NCBI GenBank assembly: GCA_002104945.1
Contig: MCFH01000064.1
Span: 62,001-126,000, forward strand
Direction: 5' to 3'
From: Piromyces finnis finn
Lineage: Eukaryota > Fungi > Neocallimastigomycota
DNA length: 64,000 bases
Shown here piece by piece: positions 1 to 16,580 of this stretch. Position numbers and translations under genes: made by a program. A model generated the notes under the pieces. The model was given only the letters and a program-made list of their open reading frames with translations. It did not search any database and had not been told where the DNA came from. How positions within the stretch are numbered: the first letter of the stretch is position 1; each line of letters opens with the position of its first letter.

Positions 1-220
1 AATAAATAGCTATATATATTTTTGAAGAAAATTTTCATTAAATTATTTTTTGGTGGTAAATATAGTTTAATAATTGAAATGAGAAAGAATTATATTTAAT
101 ACCATAATAGATGAAATACTATATATAATATATATATAAGACAAATAAACATGCTATAATTATTAAAGGAATAAATTGTAAGTACTACTTAGTTATAACT
201 TATTAATATTCAAGGAATAA

Positions 221-263
<43 letters not shown>

Positions 264-1266
264 ATATTACTACTAATAATAAAATAATAATAATAATAAA
301 AAAAAAATAACATTATAACTAATTAGTTGCTAAAGTTTTTGTTATTATCATTTTAATCTAGAAGAAAAATTTATAGTTTTGCTAAAATCAGAGACAAATC
401 AATACAAGAATTTATGAATAATTTGTTTTGATTTCTAGTTTTTTATTCAAATTAAATATTAATTAGAGTATTTTTAGATATATTTACATGTAATATTTTT
501 TTAAAAAATTTTAAATGATTTTAAAAATTATATATTAAAGTTGAAAGGTATATAATAAACATTTATAGTAAGTAAAACTTACATATAATAGAAAAATGAA
601 GAAAAATAATTAGATATTTCAAAAATATAACTGAATTATATGAAATTTTCATTTTTGAATAAATTGATTCAATACCAAATTTATAAAATACCACACTAAC
701 CTAATTTAATTATATAAATATCAAATCGATAAAAACCTTTTAAATTAATATTCCTTATTTCATATTATTATCATTTCTAATTTATTAGAATTATCATTTT
801 CTTAAAAAAACCAAATACTAATTATATGTATTTCTCATTAATAACAATTCAATCATTTACATAAAATCGTTTTTCATCACCTTTTCATGAAATAAAAATA
901 AGCATTCTTAATAAGCTATTATTTAAAATTATCATATATATTTTTATAGATATATAATTATTGTCTTTAGGGTTTCAATAATAAATTTTCCTTTTAATAC
1001 CTTCTTAAAAACAACAATTCCAATTATTTATGATCCATATATATATTTATCTTTAGGGGTCCTAAGGGGAACCCCCCATCCTTACAACCCTACGTATCTT
1101 TTCTAAATCATGTTTAACACCATTTAAAATAATTCTGTACACAAAAATTTAAATAGCTTCTCAATTTCAATTTTTTTTAATGGCTCTTCTTTATTTAACA
1201 AGAGTATTTTCTATTTTCATTTAGATTTCTTCATAATAAATTATTTTCAATTTATTCATAAATTAT

Positions 1267-1703
1267 CTAGTTAGCGGCAGCAGCAGCCTTACGGGCAGCG
1301 AAGGAACCCTTCTTAGCGAAACGTTGGTTACGGAGGAACTTTGGGTCAACCTATATATATAACATTATTATTAATATCTTCATTATTTTATTTAAAATTT
1401 CTTTATAATTATCATCTTTAATACATACACCTCTGAGAGATGGGTACTTGTGGTGTGGAGCACGCTTGATACCGTTTCTGTGTTGCTTACGGACTATTAT
1501 TATTATTAATATATAATTTAACAACTGCTTGTCTCTTACATTTTTATAATAATATTTAAAATTTATTGCATTTTCAACTTACTTTGGTTGTGGTTCTATT
1601 ATTATATATACAAATGTAAATATTAATACCATTTCATTTTATATAAAATATACATCATAATATTTTTTTTATTACTTACAGTGTGATTCTTACTCTTAGC
1701 CAT
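1267..1703 (-). CDS. RPL29: 60S ribosomal protein eL29, 4 exons (1680-1703, 1583-1595, 1429-1493, 1267-1350), 61 aa
   Basis: GT-AG splicing gives [61 protein letters not shown], the eL29 signature. It is absent from the ORF track because the exons are short. Confidence 0.95.
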
Positions 1704-3009
1704 TTTTTACTATTGTGCCTCTGTTTATAAGACTATTATAAATATATACATATATTATTAATACCATATTCATAACTTTAAAATAACCATCCATCAAATC
1801 TTTACACCCTTTATTTCACTAATGCACATTCAAATATATAACAAATAATAAACATCTAAACCTATATAAACATATTCATTTTAACATAATAACATAAAAA
1901 AGTATAGTTTACCTAAATGTCAAAAACAATTATATGATAATTAGGCAAGAAAGAAGGATCAAATAATATAAATTAAAAAATCTTTTGTTTAATTTTTTTT
2001 GAGGCTTCACCAATCAAATTAAATTTATAATAATTTTTTTTAAAATCGTACATTTATATTATAATCATTATTAAAATTTTAATACAATTTAATACATTAA
2101 TTTAATATATTTTAAAGTGTTTTTAATATTAAACCAATACTTTGAATACCATAAAAAATAATTTTTCTTACTATTCCTATTATTTATAATTTTTTTTTGA
2201 TTTATTAAATTTTTATTTACTTATAATTTATTAATAAAATTAAAAAAAAAAATAGTAGTAATAATAATAATTTATGTTGCTTTTTTATATTGAAAAAAAC
2301 ATAAATTTAAATTTTTATGACAATGCGAATCTGTATTTTTTTTTTCTGCTTTGCTATTGTTTATATCAATTTCTCTAAACATTTTCTTATTTAATTTTAT
2401 TATTATTACTTTTTATTTTTATTTTTGCTAAATGTTATATATTTTTTTTTGTTTTTCTTTTTTATTTTTTTTTAAAATTTTTTTATTATGCTAATGTTTA
2501 TATATTTTTATTTTAATTAATACCATTGTTACGATTTATAATTATACAATTAAGCATACTATAAACTGCTTAACCTAAGCTCAAACAATATTAATCAATT
2601 ATAAATGAATTATTTTTTATATTTTTACTTATTATTTTATTATTTTTGCTATATTTTTAAAATATTTTATATATTAGTTTTTATTATTACTATTTATAAA
2701 TTTAATTTTAACGCTGTTCACGTAATAGAAGTGAAGAAATATAATTAAAAAAGTATATTTAATAAAAATACTAAAATCATGATATTGTATTTTACATAGT
2801 AGTGGCCTATTAAAATATTTTTTTTTCGAAAATATAGAAATTAGTATTATAAAAAGCAAAGAATAAAAACTAAAAATTATATTTTTTTTATACTTACCAT
2901 CTTAAAAATATAATTAAATATTTTGTGTTGAGTGCATAAAGTTTTTTTTAAATAAATAACATTAATATCTATATTTAATTAAATTATTTGTTATTTGTTA
3001 TTATTAAAA

Positions 3010-5210
<2,201 letters not shown>

Positions 5211-8200
5211 TTTAAATTTAATTTATATATTCTTATTATTTTGTATATATGATTATTAGGCGATTTTTTAAAATCAAAAGATAATATTTATTTTTTGATT
5301 TGATTGTTTAATTGTGTAATTTGATTAAGATTAAAAATTATATATATATGTATATATAAAAAAAATAATAAAGATGATGAGTAACAAATTATGAATTAAG
5401 TATATATTTTTGATTTACTAAAAATAAGAAAATTAAATAATATTTTTTAAAATGAAGTATATAATAATATAGATAAATAGCATATGATGTATAATATATC
5501 TATTTATATTTTACTTTTTTTTCCTTTTAAATTTACTTTTTTATTTTTTATTTTTTTTATAAAAATAAATAATATTTACTATAAAAAAAATAAAAACAAT
5601 AAAAAAAAAAAATAAAGTACTTTTACAATATAACAAATATAATGAAAAATAAATAAATAAATATAATATTAAATATTAAAAATTAATAATTTGATATAAA
5701 ATAAAATACTTTATTATAAATATTAAATCATATCTATTTACAATATAAAATATTTTACAATACATTTTTATAATAGACAAATTAAAATAAAATATATTAT
5801 ATTATATTTAATATAATTAATATTGTATTAAAAGAAAAGAGTATAATACATTTTATAAATTATTAAAAATATATATTAAAGTCAATTGTATAATATAAAA
5901 CATTCAATACTATTTATATAGCTATATAGTTTTTTATAAGTTTAATTTATTATTTTTTATATTACTATATTTTTAGTTTTATATTGTTTTATTTATTTAT
6001 TTTTTTTTATAATTTTTATTTATTATAGTAATATAATAATGATTAACCTATAATTGATAAGCTAATATTATAATATTATAGTTCATCATATAATATTTTA
6101 GTTATATATAAATATAATTATATTATAATATATATAATAATATAATATTTATTAAATTATAATATTATAATAAATATGAATAAGAAACTTTAAAAAAGTT
6201 TATATTTCTTTATATAAATAATATAAATAAGTTTTTTTCTGAAAAAAAAAAAAAAAAAAAAAAAAACATGTCATTGGTAAGGTCAGTTTATAATATAAAT
6301 GAATAAAAAGTAAGTTAGATAGATTAGAATTTTGATAAATATCTAATTAACTTTATAACTAATAATTAAGTAATTATTAAATGTCATAAAGTAAATTAAG
6401 TAAAATGACATAAGGGTAGGTAAAATTTATTCTTATATGTAACATTGTATACAAAATACAAAATATTTTTTTAAAAATATATATACAAATCTATAGTGTA
6501 TTTGGGCCTTTTTTTTATTTATACAATTAAGAAAGTTTCTTTTTGTTATAAATTATTATTAAACTATCGTCGAGAATAATAAATAAAAAAAAAGAATAAA
6601 TTTGTTAATAGTATATATTTTTTACATGTTTATAACTAATTCGGAAATTATTATGATATAGATATTTAAATTTTAGAGTTTAAATAAACTATTTATAAAT
6701 ATTATAGTTGATGATAAAAACTTTTAAAGATTTACTTATTTATTTTTATTTTTTATTTAATAAAAAAAAAAAGAGAATTTTAAATATTATATTATTTATA
6801 GAAAAAGGAAGTGTTAATAAAAGAAAGATGATCATTTAAATTATTAATTGATAATTAAAATTTTATTTATTTATCATATATAATATTTATATTAATGGTG
6901 AAAAAAATAAAGGAGTTTTATAAAAAAAAGTTTTTCTTTATATTATTATATCACATGATATACATATGCATATATGTTTAGAATGCATATAATCATACAT
7001 TCATATATATAAATAAATGAAAATATATAAATTTTAATATGAAGATGATAAATTATTTTGATAATAATTAAACAATCTAATTTTATATAAATCACAAAAA
7101 ATATATCAAAAAGCCAATAGTTGTGGTGGATACATATATTTTTATTTATATTATTTCAAAATATATACATTGTATAATAAATTAATATTTGGATTAATAA
7201 ACTATAAAAGTTTGTTATATTAATTCAGTTTTTTTATTCATCCAATAAATGAAAAAAATTTATAAAAATAAAAATTAAAAATTTGTTTTAAGAAATTGTT
7301 AAATTCATGATTTAAAGTATAAAATTAGTTTTGATAAAGGTAGATTTATAATAAAATTTAAACATAAATATTCTATTTTATATGAAATTTCTCTATTTCT
7401 CTCTTTTTCTATCTCTTTTTTTTTCCCTTTTTTTTGAATATAAGAACTATATTAACGTCCAATAAAATTGTAAATAAATATACAATAGAAAATAAAAAAA
7501 GTAAAAGCCATATAATAAAGTAAATTTATTATTATTATATATTTCTTTTTGTCAAGTAATGGTCATGTACTTATTTTTCTATTAAATATAAATAAGCATT
7601 TCAATTTTAATAGTGTTACATAAAAATTGTTATTAAATACATCCATGTAATTAACAATACAAGTTATAAAATTTAAGGGTGTTAATAATAAATGACAATC
7701 AATTCAAAATTCTCATTTAATAATTGAAAATAAAAATTATAAACAATTACTTATTTATTAATTATATAAAACATTAAAGTAGAAAATAAAGTGATATTTT
7801 TTAATGAAATGTATTAATATTAAAGATAAAAATGAAATTAATAATTGCCATTTAATAGATTTAAAATGTTATGTAGAGAAAATTTAGCTGTATTAGTAAA
7901 AAACATTCTTTTTCTTCTCTATGTTTTTAATTAAAAATTAAAGAAAAATTATAATAATTTACATATGATATAAACTCCCTATTTATTTTATTATTATCAT
8001 TATCATTATTATTTTACTTTTTTCCATTTTTTACTCGATATTTTTATATTTTTATTGAAATAAGTGAAAAGGTTTAATTTATAATTAATAATTTACACTC
8101 TTAAATCACCACTTCTTCTTTTTTTTTTTTTTTTTCTTTATTACTAATTTTTTATATTTTATTTTTTTTATTTTTTGAAAAAAATATATATTTATATGAA

Positions 8201-8793
8201 GGTTTGTGTAAATTCCAAAGGAAAGGTATTATAAAACATTTTTATATTTTTATCTACTTTTTTATACATATATTATCAATATAATAGGTATAAAATTATT
8301 AAATTTATGCAATTCTTAAATCCAATTTTATATCACCCACATATATATAATATGTAAAATATAAATTAAAAGTGAATTTCAAAAGGGTAAGATATATAAA
8401 TTTAATTTATATATTTTCATTTTATATTTATTTATTTTTTATATTTCTGTTTACTTTATTAATAATCATTATATATTAAAGTAAAACATTTTCTAATAGT
8501 AAATGTTTTAAATTTATTATTATTGTTCTTTTTTACTTTATGCAATAAATTAATAGAATTAAAAACAATTTTATTTATTAAACATTATATTTACACTCTT
8601 ATTCTTAAACATTTGTATTCATATTACATTCTAAATATTTCATTTACATAATAAAAATTATAATAGGATATTAAAATTGGATTAAAATTTAAAACTTATT
8701 CATTACTATAGACATCATTCTATTTTTTGTTTTTATTCCATTTTTTTTTTTTTTAAAAAAAAAAAAAAGATTTTAAAAGCTATATAGTTTATA

Positions 8794-10418
8794 ATGTCAA
8801 CTTTAATACCATTACCAAATAAAAGAAGACAAAATCATTACGCTGCTTTACGCAGGACTTCTATTAATTCTCAAAATGGTTCATCAACAGGAATTAATTC
8901 AGGAGCAGTAGGATATAATTATAATTCATCAAGAGCTTCATCACCAGCTCTCAGTCAAAGAAGTAGTGTTAGTTATAGTTCAATTAATGGTAATACAAAT
9001 TCAAATAACAACAATAAAAACAATTCAGATTTTTGTCAAGTTACTGTAAGAATACGGTAATTTATATAATTTATTTTATAAAAGTTTTTTATGAGTTTGA
9101 TGCAGATTTAAATATTAATAGGGTATAATATTAATAAATACTATTTAAATTTAGGCCATTTACAGCAAATGAATGGAATTTAGGAAATACCATTCCAGTA
9201 TGGGAAGGAAATGAAGAATTATCAACTGTATCATATTCAGATGAGTGGATTGAGAAATCTAATAAGAATCAACTTTCATATCAATATGGTATATATTTAA
9301 TATTTAGGTATTAATGATTAATGATAATATATTTAATATTAATAATAAAATTTATAAATTTATTTTAAAATGAAGATAATGTTATTGTTGGAAGCGACAA
9401 TAAAGAGTTATATAATCGTTGTGTAAAAGATGTTGTTATGTCATCAATGGAAGGTTTAAATGGTACAGTATTTGCATATGGACAAACTGCATCTGGTAAA
9501 ACCTATTCAATGGTAATTTAAAAATAATTATATATTTTAAATCGATTTTCATTTTTATTAACTTTATATTTATTATTTTATATATTTTATATTTATTATT
9601 AAAAAAGATGGGTAACTATTATAATATACAATTAAAATTATATATAATATTTTTTTTATATTTATTTTAGTGAATACATATACTTATAAGATATACACAT
9701 ATTCTACATACAGGGGTTGAAAATCAACCGGGAATTATTCCACAAGCAGTAGATGATGTTTTCTATTATATTCGTGAAATGGTAATTAATATCAATATGA
9801 TTAATATTTCTAAATAAGATTTTTTATTTTTTATTTTTTTTAGCATTAATATTATTATAATCATATTAATATTGTTTTATTTATAATTATCCTTATTATA
9901 GTCAAAAGGGGACAATGAATTTCTTTTACGTGTATCATATATGGAAATTTATAATGAACAAATCCAAGATTTGTTATCACCTGAAACAACAAATTTAAGA
10001 ATTTTCGAAGATAGAAGAGTAAGTTATGGCTATTATATTATTAAATTCAGTTATGGATAGATATAGTATATTTAGTATTCATAAATAATACTTTTATAGA
10101 GAGGTATTTATGTTAGTCCATTAAAGGAAGAAATTGTAACGTCTGCAAAACAAGTTATGAGAATTATTCAAAAAGGTGAAAGTAATAGACATATCAGTAC
10201 TACAGATTATAATAAACATAGTAGTCGTTCACATACAATATTTCAAATGGTTAGTTATTTTTGCTATATTTATAAATTAAATATAACGGTAAATTAATTC
10301 GGTATAAAAATTTAATAGATTATTGAAAGTAAAAGTCAATCATCCTCTACTAGATCTTCAAAGGGATCCTTCTATTCCCAAAAAGGTTCAAGTGACTCTG
10401 TAAAAATTTCTCAATTAG

Positions 10419-10463
<45 letters not shown>

Positions 10464-12610
10464 TTCTTAATATTATTTTTATAATAAAAAATTATTATTA
10501 AATTATTGTTTATTTACATATATTTATATAATAGAACCTTATTGATTTATCAGGTTCAGAAAAAGCAACGTCAGATGCTGATCGTCGTAAGGAAGGTGCT
10601 TATATTAATAAGTCTTTATTAACATTAGGAAATGTTATTTCAAAATTAACTGAAGAAAAACGGTAATTTATTTATTAAAAAATAATTATTTTATTTCTAA
10701 TATTTAACTAAATCATGTTATATTTATTAACCTTAATTAAATTTACATAAGTGGTCATATTCCATATCGTGATTCAAAATTAACAAGAATTTTACAGTCA
10801 TCACTTTCTGGAAATGCCAAAATCTCTGTTATTTGTACTATTAGTCCTGCTGGTATTAATGCTGATGAATCTCATAATACTTTAAATTTTGCTAAAAGGG
10901 TCAAAAAAGTTGCAACCAAGGCTCATACTAATCAAGTAAATATTTAAATACCTTTTTATTTTATTTTATTTTTTAAAATATATACAAAGCCAATCTTAAT
11001 AATTATAACATTTTATATATTATAATTTAAAAAAATAGGTTCTTGATGATAAGGCTTTAATTCAAAAATATAAGAAAGAAATTAATGAGTTAAAGGTTAA
11101 ATTACAAGTTGCTACAGATATGAGTAATATATCTTCCTCAGCCACATCCATAGATGATGGAAAGAAAGAAGAAGAAATGATGCTATTGAAGCAAGAAAGA
11201 ATGAAGGTAGAATTTTATGATTAATTAATTAAAAAAAAAAAAAAATAAATAAATAAATAAACAAATATACTGATTTATCATTTCAATTTCATAAAATTTT
11301 AATAATTAAAAATGTATTATAAGTGGGAAGAAGAAATGCATGAACAACAATTGGTATATATTTATTCTATATGTTATCAATAATTAAAGTCAGTTGTAGA
11401 AATTAATTTTATTAAAATTTTTATTTATATAAATATCATAAATATAAATATTAGTTACGTACTGCTTTAAAAGAACGTATTGATCACTTGACTAAATTGA
11501 TTTTGACTAGTTCATCAATATCACCAAAAATGATGCTTGAATTCTCAAAGACTCCTGCTGTAAATATTTTTATTTGTGGCAATAATTGAATTGATTTATA
11601 TCTTTAAGTTTTAATTAATATCAAATTAATAATAAATATATTATTTATATAATCTTAAAATAAATAGAAAAGCCCTGATGGTAATAATATATCTTTACTT
11701 TCACCATTAAATATATCAGAAAATGAACTTCCACCGGTAAATCAAATATTTGATAAAAAATACATTTTTTTATACATTTTATAAGAATATTTTTTTTTTA
11801 TTAATATTTTTATTTATAACAATAATAAATATATATGGTAATTCAATCTTTATAATATTATACTTGTAGTATATTGAAGAAGCTATGAATAAACAAAATG
11901 TTAAATTAGAACAACTTCAAAAAGAATCTAAAGCTAAAGATGAATATATTAAGGAGTTAGAATTAATGCTTCAAGAAGGTAAATACCTTGACATGCTTAC
12001 TCCAGATGCTAATGAAATAACAATGAATGAACAATCTAATAATGAATTAGCATTAAAAGTAAAAGAAAATAAATCATTAATAACTGAAATTGAAAATAGC
12101 AAGAAAAAGATTGAAGAATTAACCAAAAAGAATAAAGACTTAGAATTATTAGTCACCCAACAAGATGCCAAGCTTTCTTCTTATTTAGCCAAAGAAAATA
12201 ATGAAGCAGAATTTCTTAATCAAGATATATTACATAATAAAGAGAATACTCAAAATGGTATTTCACCGGAAGTTGAAAGTCTGCTTGAAGATCAACAACA
12301 TTCTCTTGAGTTATTAGAAGAAGAAAATAAGCAATTAAGAAAGGCACTCAATCAAACAGAAATAAAATTAAGAAAACTAGAATTAGTTCAATTTGAAGAC
12401 ATTGAAAAGTTAGTTCATAAAGTTTGTAACGATACCACTAATTCTGCAACTAATAAAAAACCACCAGCAAATTTAACTATAGTCAATGGAACATCATCTA
12501 ATATTACTTCACCTATAAGTAATGAAAATATGCAAAATCTAACTTCTCCAACTAAACGTCATAACGGCTCATCTTATCATAATGACCCAAATAAACTATC
12601 TAGTAATTAA
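8794..12610 (+). CDS. Kinesin-7 (CENP-E/Kip2/KipA-like) motor with C-terminal coiled coil, multi-exon
   Basis: [21 protein letters not shown] (P-loop), SSRSHTIFQ (switch I), LIDLSGSE (switch II), [13 protein letters not shown], and post-motor [28 protein letters not shown] typical of fungal kinesin-7. Confidence 0.9.
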
Positions 12611-13209
12611 AATATAAATAATAAAAAATAAATAAATATAAAAAAAAATAGAAACTATTATTCAATGATTATACACAAATTACAAATTACTATAAGTTAA
12701 TTTTGTATTCTACATTCTTTTAAATTTTATGATTATATAGCACAACTATTATTTATTTTAAGCCTTTTAGAAAAAAATAAAAAATAAAAATAACATTTTT
12801 TTTTTTTTTTTTTTTTTGGTAAACAATTAAGTGAACTTCAAAATTAATATATAAACAATAAAAACAACTTTTTATATAATAAAATTAAATTAATATCATA
12901 ACAATAACAATAACAATGATGTATAAATAAAAATAAATGCAAAAAATAAAAAATATAAATATAAAAAATTAAAAATTAAAATAATAATAATAATAAAAGA
13001 AAAAGAAAAAAAAATTATATTATTTACAATAAAAAAAAAAAAAAAATAAAAGAAAATAAAGATTCTTTTTCTTCTTATTATTATTATTATTAAACTAATA
13101 ATAACAATTACAATAATAGTTTTAATTTCAACTTTATAGATTTTATAAAATATACAAAAACATTTTTAGAAATAGTTAAATAATATAAGCAAACAATCAA
13201 ATAATAAGT

Positions 13210-13242
<33 letters not shown>

Positions 13243-14033
13243 ATAAAGCTAATATCCAACTTTTTTAAGTAAATGGAAACGATTTTAATGTGTATCTCAA
13301 AATATAAACTTTAGAAAAAAAAAAAAGTATTTTGGGTTATGATACATTACAAATCTATAATGTAGAACAAAAACCTTTGAATGAACAACTTATTGTTCAT
13401 TGGGTTTTTTCATATTTTATATATAGAAGATCTAACGACTTTTTTTTTTGAACAATCCCTACCGTTGGTAGCTTTATAAAGTTATTATTTGATAGGTTTA
13501 GTACCGATAACTAGCATCATTAAGATATTTACATCATATTAATAGATCAAAAGAATATTTTTATTATTTCATACAAGGTCCAACAATGTTAGGAATTTAA
13601 CAAATGAGTTATTAAAAACTTATTGGAGAGTATGGCACCATATTATTTAAATTTATTATTTTATTTTATTTTATAGATTAATATATTTATTTTTGTTTTA
13701 ATAGTGAGTATATAACACCATACTTTTTACAACAAACTTTTATATTCTTTAAAATCCAAATATGAATAATTATTTTCAAAACATTAAATAAATTAATATA
13801 ATAAAAACAATAAATTTAATTGTTCATGAATATTTATCTTTCCAATTTTTTTTTATAATTATATTTTTTATTTTGTTTTTATTTTATTTTTAAATTATTT
13901 ATGATATTCAATTGTTGGTATTAATATTTTTCGTATTTTAAAATATCTATGATTGAATGAATTTATATATAAATTTACATTTATTTTTATTTTATTTGTT
14001 TATTTATTTATTTATTATTTTAATGAACTATCT

Positions 14034-15427
14034 TTATTCGTAGTTCTTTTCTGGTTCAGCTTGGAAGTTGTGAGAATCCTTTCTAGCTTCCCAGTAAAAG
14101 TCACCATAAGAAGTGAATAATTCTTCATCCTTTGGAATGAAGTTTCTAGCATGGTACATTAAATACCAGTTGTTCTTATATGGAACGTACATACCGTATA
14201 AGTTAGCTTCGGAATCATGCTTGTGATTAACGAATCTTAACCAAGTACCTATAATTTTAAAAATATTTTATTAGTATAAAATTACTATATAAGTTTCTTT
14301 TATATTATAAGTTTTTTAAATAGCATACCATAGACACGACCATCAATACAAACTTCAAAGTTTTCACCAGTTTCTGGGTCTTTATAGTTTTGGTAAGACC
14401 AAGCATAATCTGTATCAGTAACACCATTGGCAACAACACGAGTTAAACGACCACCGTAAACACCAATAACGGAACCAGCTGGAATATCAGTTTTAGCAAA
14501 AAGACCGTAACCAACTTCTGGAGAAGAAAGCTAATTAATAAATTGAGGGAATAATTTTTAATTATTAAATTGTTAGATTACTATTACTTTCATTTTAAAT
14601 AAATAATAATTTAATATCTACTAAATAATATTATATCTAATAATTTTCATTTATTTCAAATATATGTATTTCTTTCAAGTACCTTAATGTAGAAACGGTC
14701 ATCATTTTCGAAACCATTTTCAATGTATGGACCATATAAAGCTTCTCTACGTTTCATTTCTTCTTCTTCGTTCTTGTAACGGTCTTCTTGGGTAATATCA
14801 TTATTAGCAATAAAGTTTTTAAGCCATTCACTTTCGTAAGAAAGACGACCTTCGAAAGAAACAGCAAAGTATGGAAGAAGATCAGCTTGAGTAAAGTGTT
14901 GCTTTTCTTCCTTATTTTTATGTTCGAAATTAGCACACATTTCCATTCTGTCTTCCTTAAGATCCTTAAGGAGAGATTGAGAATTCTTAATTTGAACACA
15001 CTTTTAAAATTATATTTATATATACAAAATATTAATAACACTGAGACATATTATATATATATACATTTAATGTACTTCTTATGGTTATATTTGATTATAT
15101 TATCTTATTACAGTATACTAATACAATTCTTATATACTTTTAAATTTCTAACTTAATATTATTTATTTTTTTTCTTATCCTATTTTTTAATTGAATCTAA
15201 ATTGTAAATAAAAGTATAATTTAAAGAAATTTTATATTTACTTGGTAATAAGCTAAAACACTCATAACACAACCTAAAATGAACATAATAATTCCTTGTG
15301 TACAACATCCGTTACAAGATTTTTGAGTCTTAGCTTGAGTAGTAGCCTTTTTTTCTTCTTTTACTGATTCGTTTTCAGTATGTTCTTTCTTTTCCTTTTT
15401 TCTGTTCCTTAAATTGTTTTCAGTCAT
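14034..15427 (-). CDS. SET-domain protein with predicted N-terminal transmembrane helix, 4 exons (15242-15427, ~14682-15000, ~14329-14530, 14034-14248)
   Basis: SET motifs GYGLFAK, GVYGG, RFVNH, EELFTSYG-DFYW. The phase-0 splice YYQ|CVQIK joins the 68-aa ORF containing GIIMFILGCVMSVLAYY to the SET-containing exons. Confidence 0.85.
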
Positions 15428-16545
15428 TTTTGTATTATTTTCTATGTTTTTTATTACATTTTTTTATTTATTTATTTATTTTATTATAAAGTAATATTTT
15501 AAAAGTTAAAAAAAAAAAAGGATATTATTATTAAATTCCATCTCATTTTAATTTTTTAATATATAAACAATAAATGTCTTTATTTATAATCATTAAATGA
15601 ATCATATATATAATATTAAATAATGTTATTTTTATATTATACCTTTTTTTTATTTTTATTTATTATTTATTTTAATTCTATTTTTTTTTTCTAAAAAAAA
15701 TATTGATTTTATTATTATTATTTTTCTCAAAAAAATAATAAAGATTAAACAAAACTTTTATTTTTTTATTTTTTATTTTTTTACCTTTAAAAAAAAAAAA
15801 TAAATAAATCTTTACTTTTATATATAAACTATTTATTTTTATTAATAATAAATAACCTTGAAAATTTTTAAGATTTAAAACAAATTTAATTTATTTTTAA
15901 AAATAAAATCATGTATAAATAATAATAAATGATTACATTTTTAATATATGATATAATATATTATGTAATATGTAGATCAATTGAAAATAGGTTCAATTAC
16001 ATTCATCAAGCCAAATTAATGTATATGTCACAACATAATATTAAAACTCATAATATTATAAAAAAGAAAAAGATTTGCCTAAGAAAATAAAACAAAACAA
16101 AAAACTAAATCAAAATGGTTATGAAAAATATAAAGGTATTTAATACTATTAATATTTCAAATATTAAAAAGAATAATAATAAAATTGATTTATAATAATA
16201 TATTATAATAGAATATATTATATTTCTGAAAATTAAAAGTTTTTGATATTGGTACATATTCTATAATCTATATTTGTATTAAAATAATTTTTTATATGTA
16301 CTTTATATTTAGGTATCATGTTTTCAATCCATTATAATATCATTTTTTTTATATTAATATCATAACGATCAACCATTTATCATTTACTATTTGTATTACA
16401 TTAATGTCATGTACACATTTTGTATTACATTAATTTATTTAAAAAGGAAAAAAAATATATTAAAATTAGTATTTTTTTTCGATGTGAAATAATATGAATG
16501 GATGAAATAAACAATAATTCATCCATCTAATTTTATATTAAATAT

Positions 16546-16580
<35 letters not shown>

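Noticed and set aside
1051-1100. Short GC-rich patch with a ggggt/acccc stem downstream of RPL29
   Set aside because: Too short to assign and not repeated in this window.
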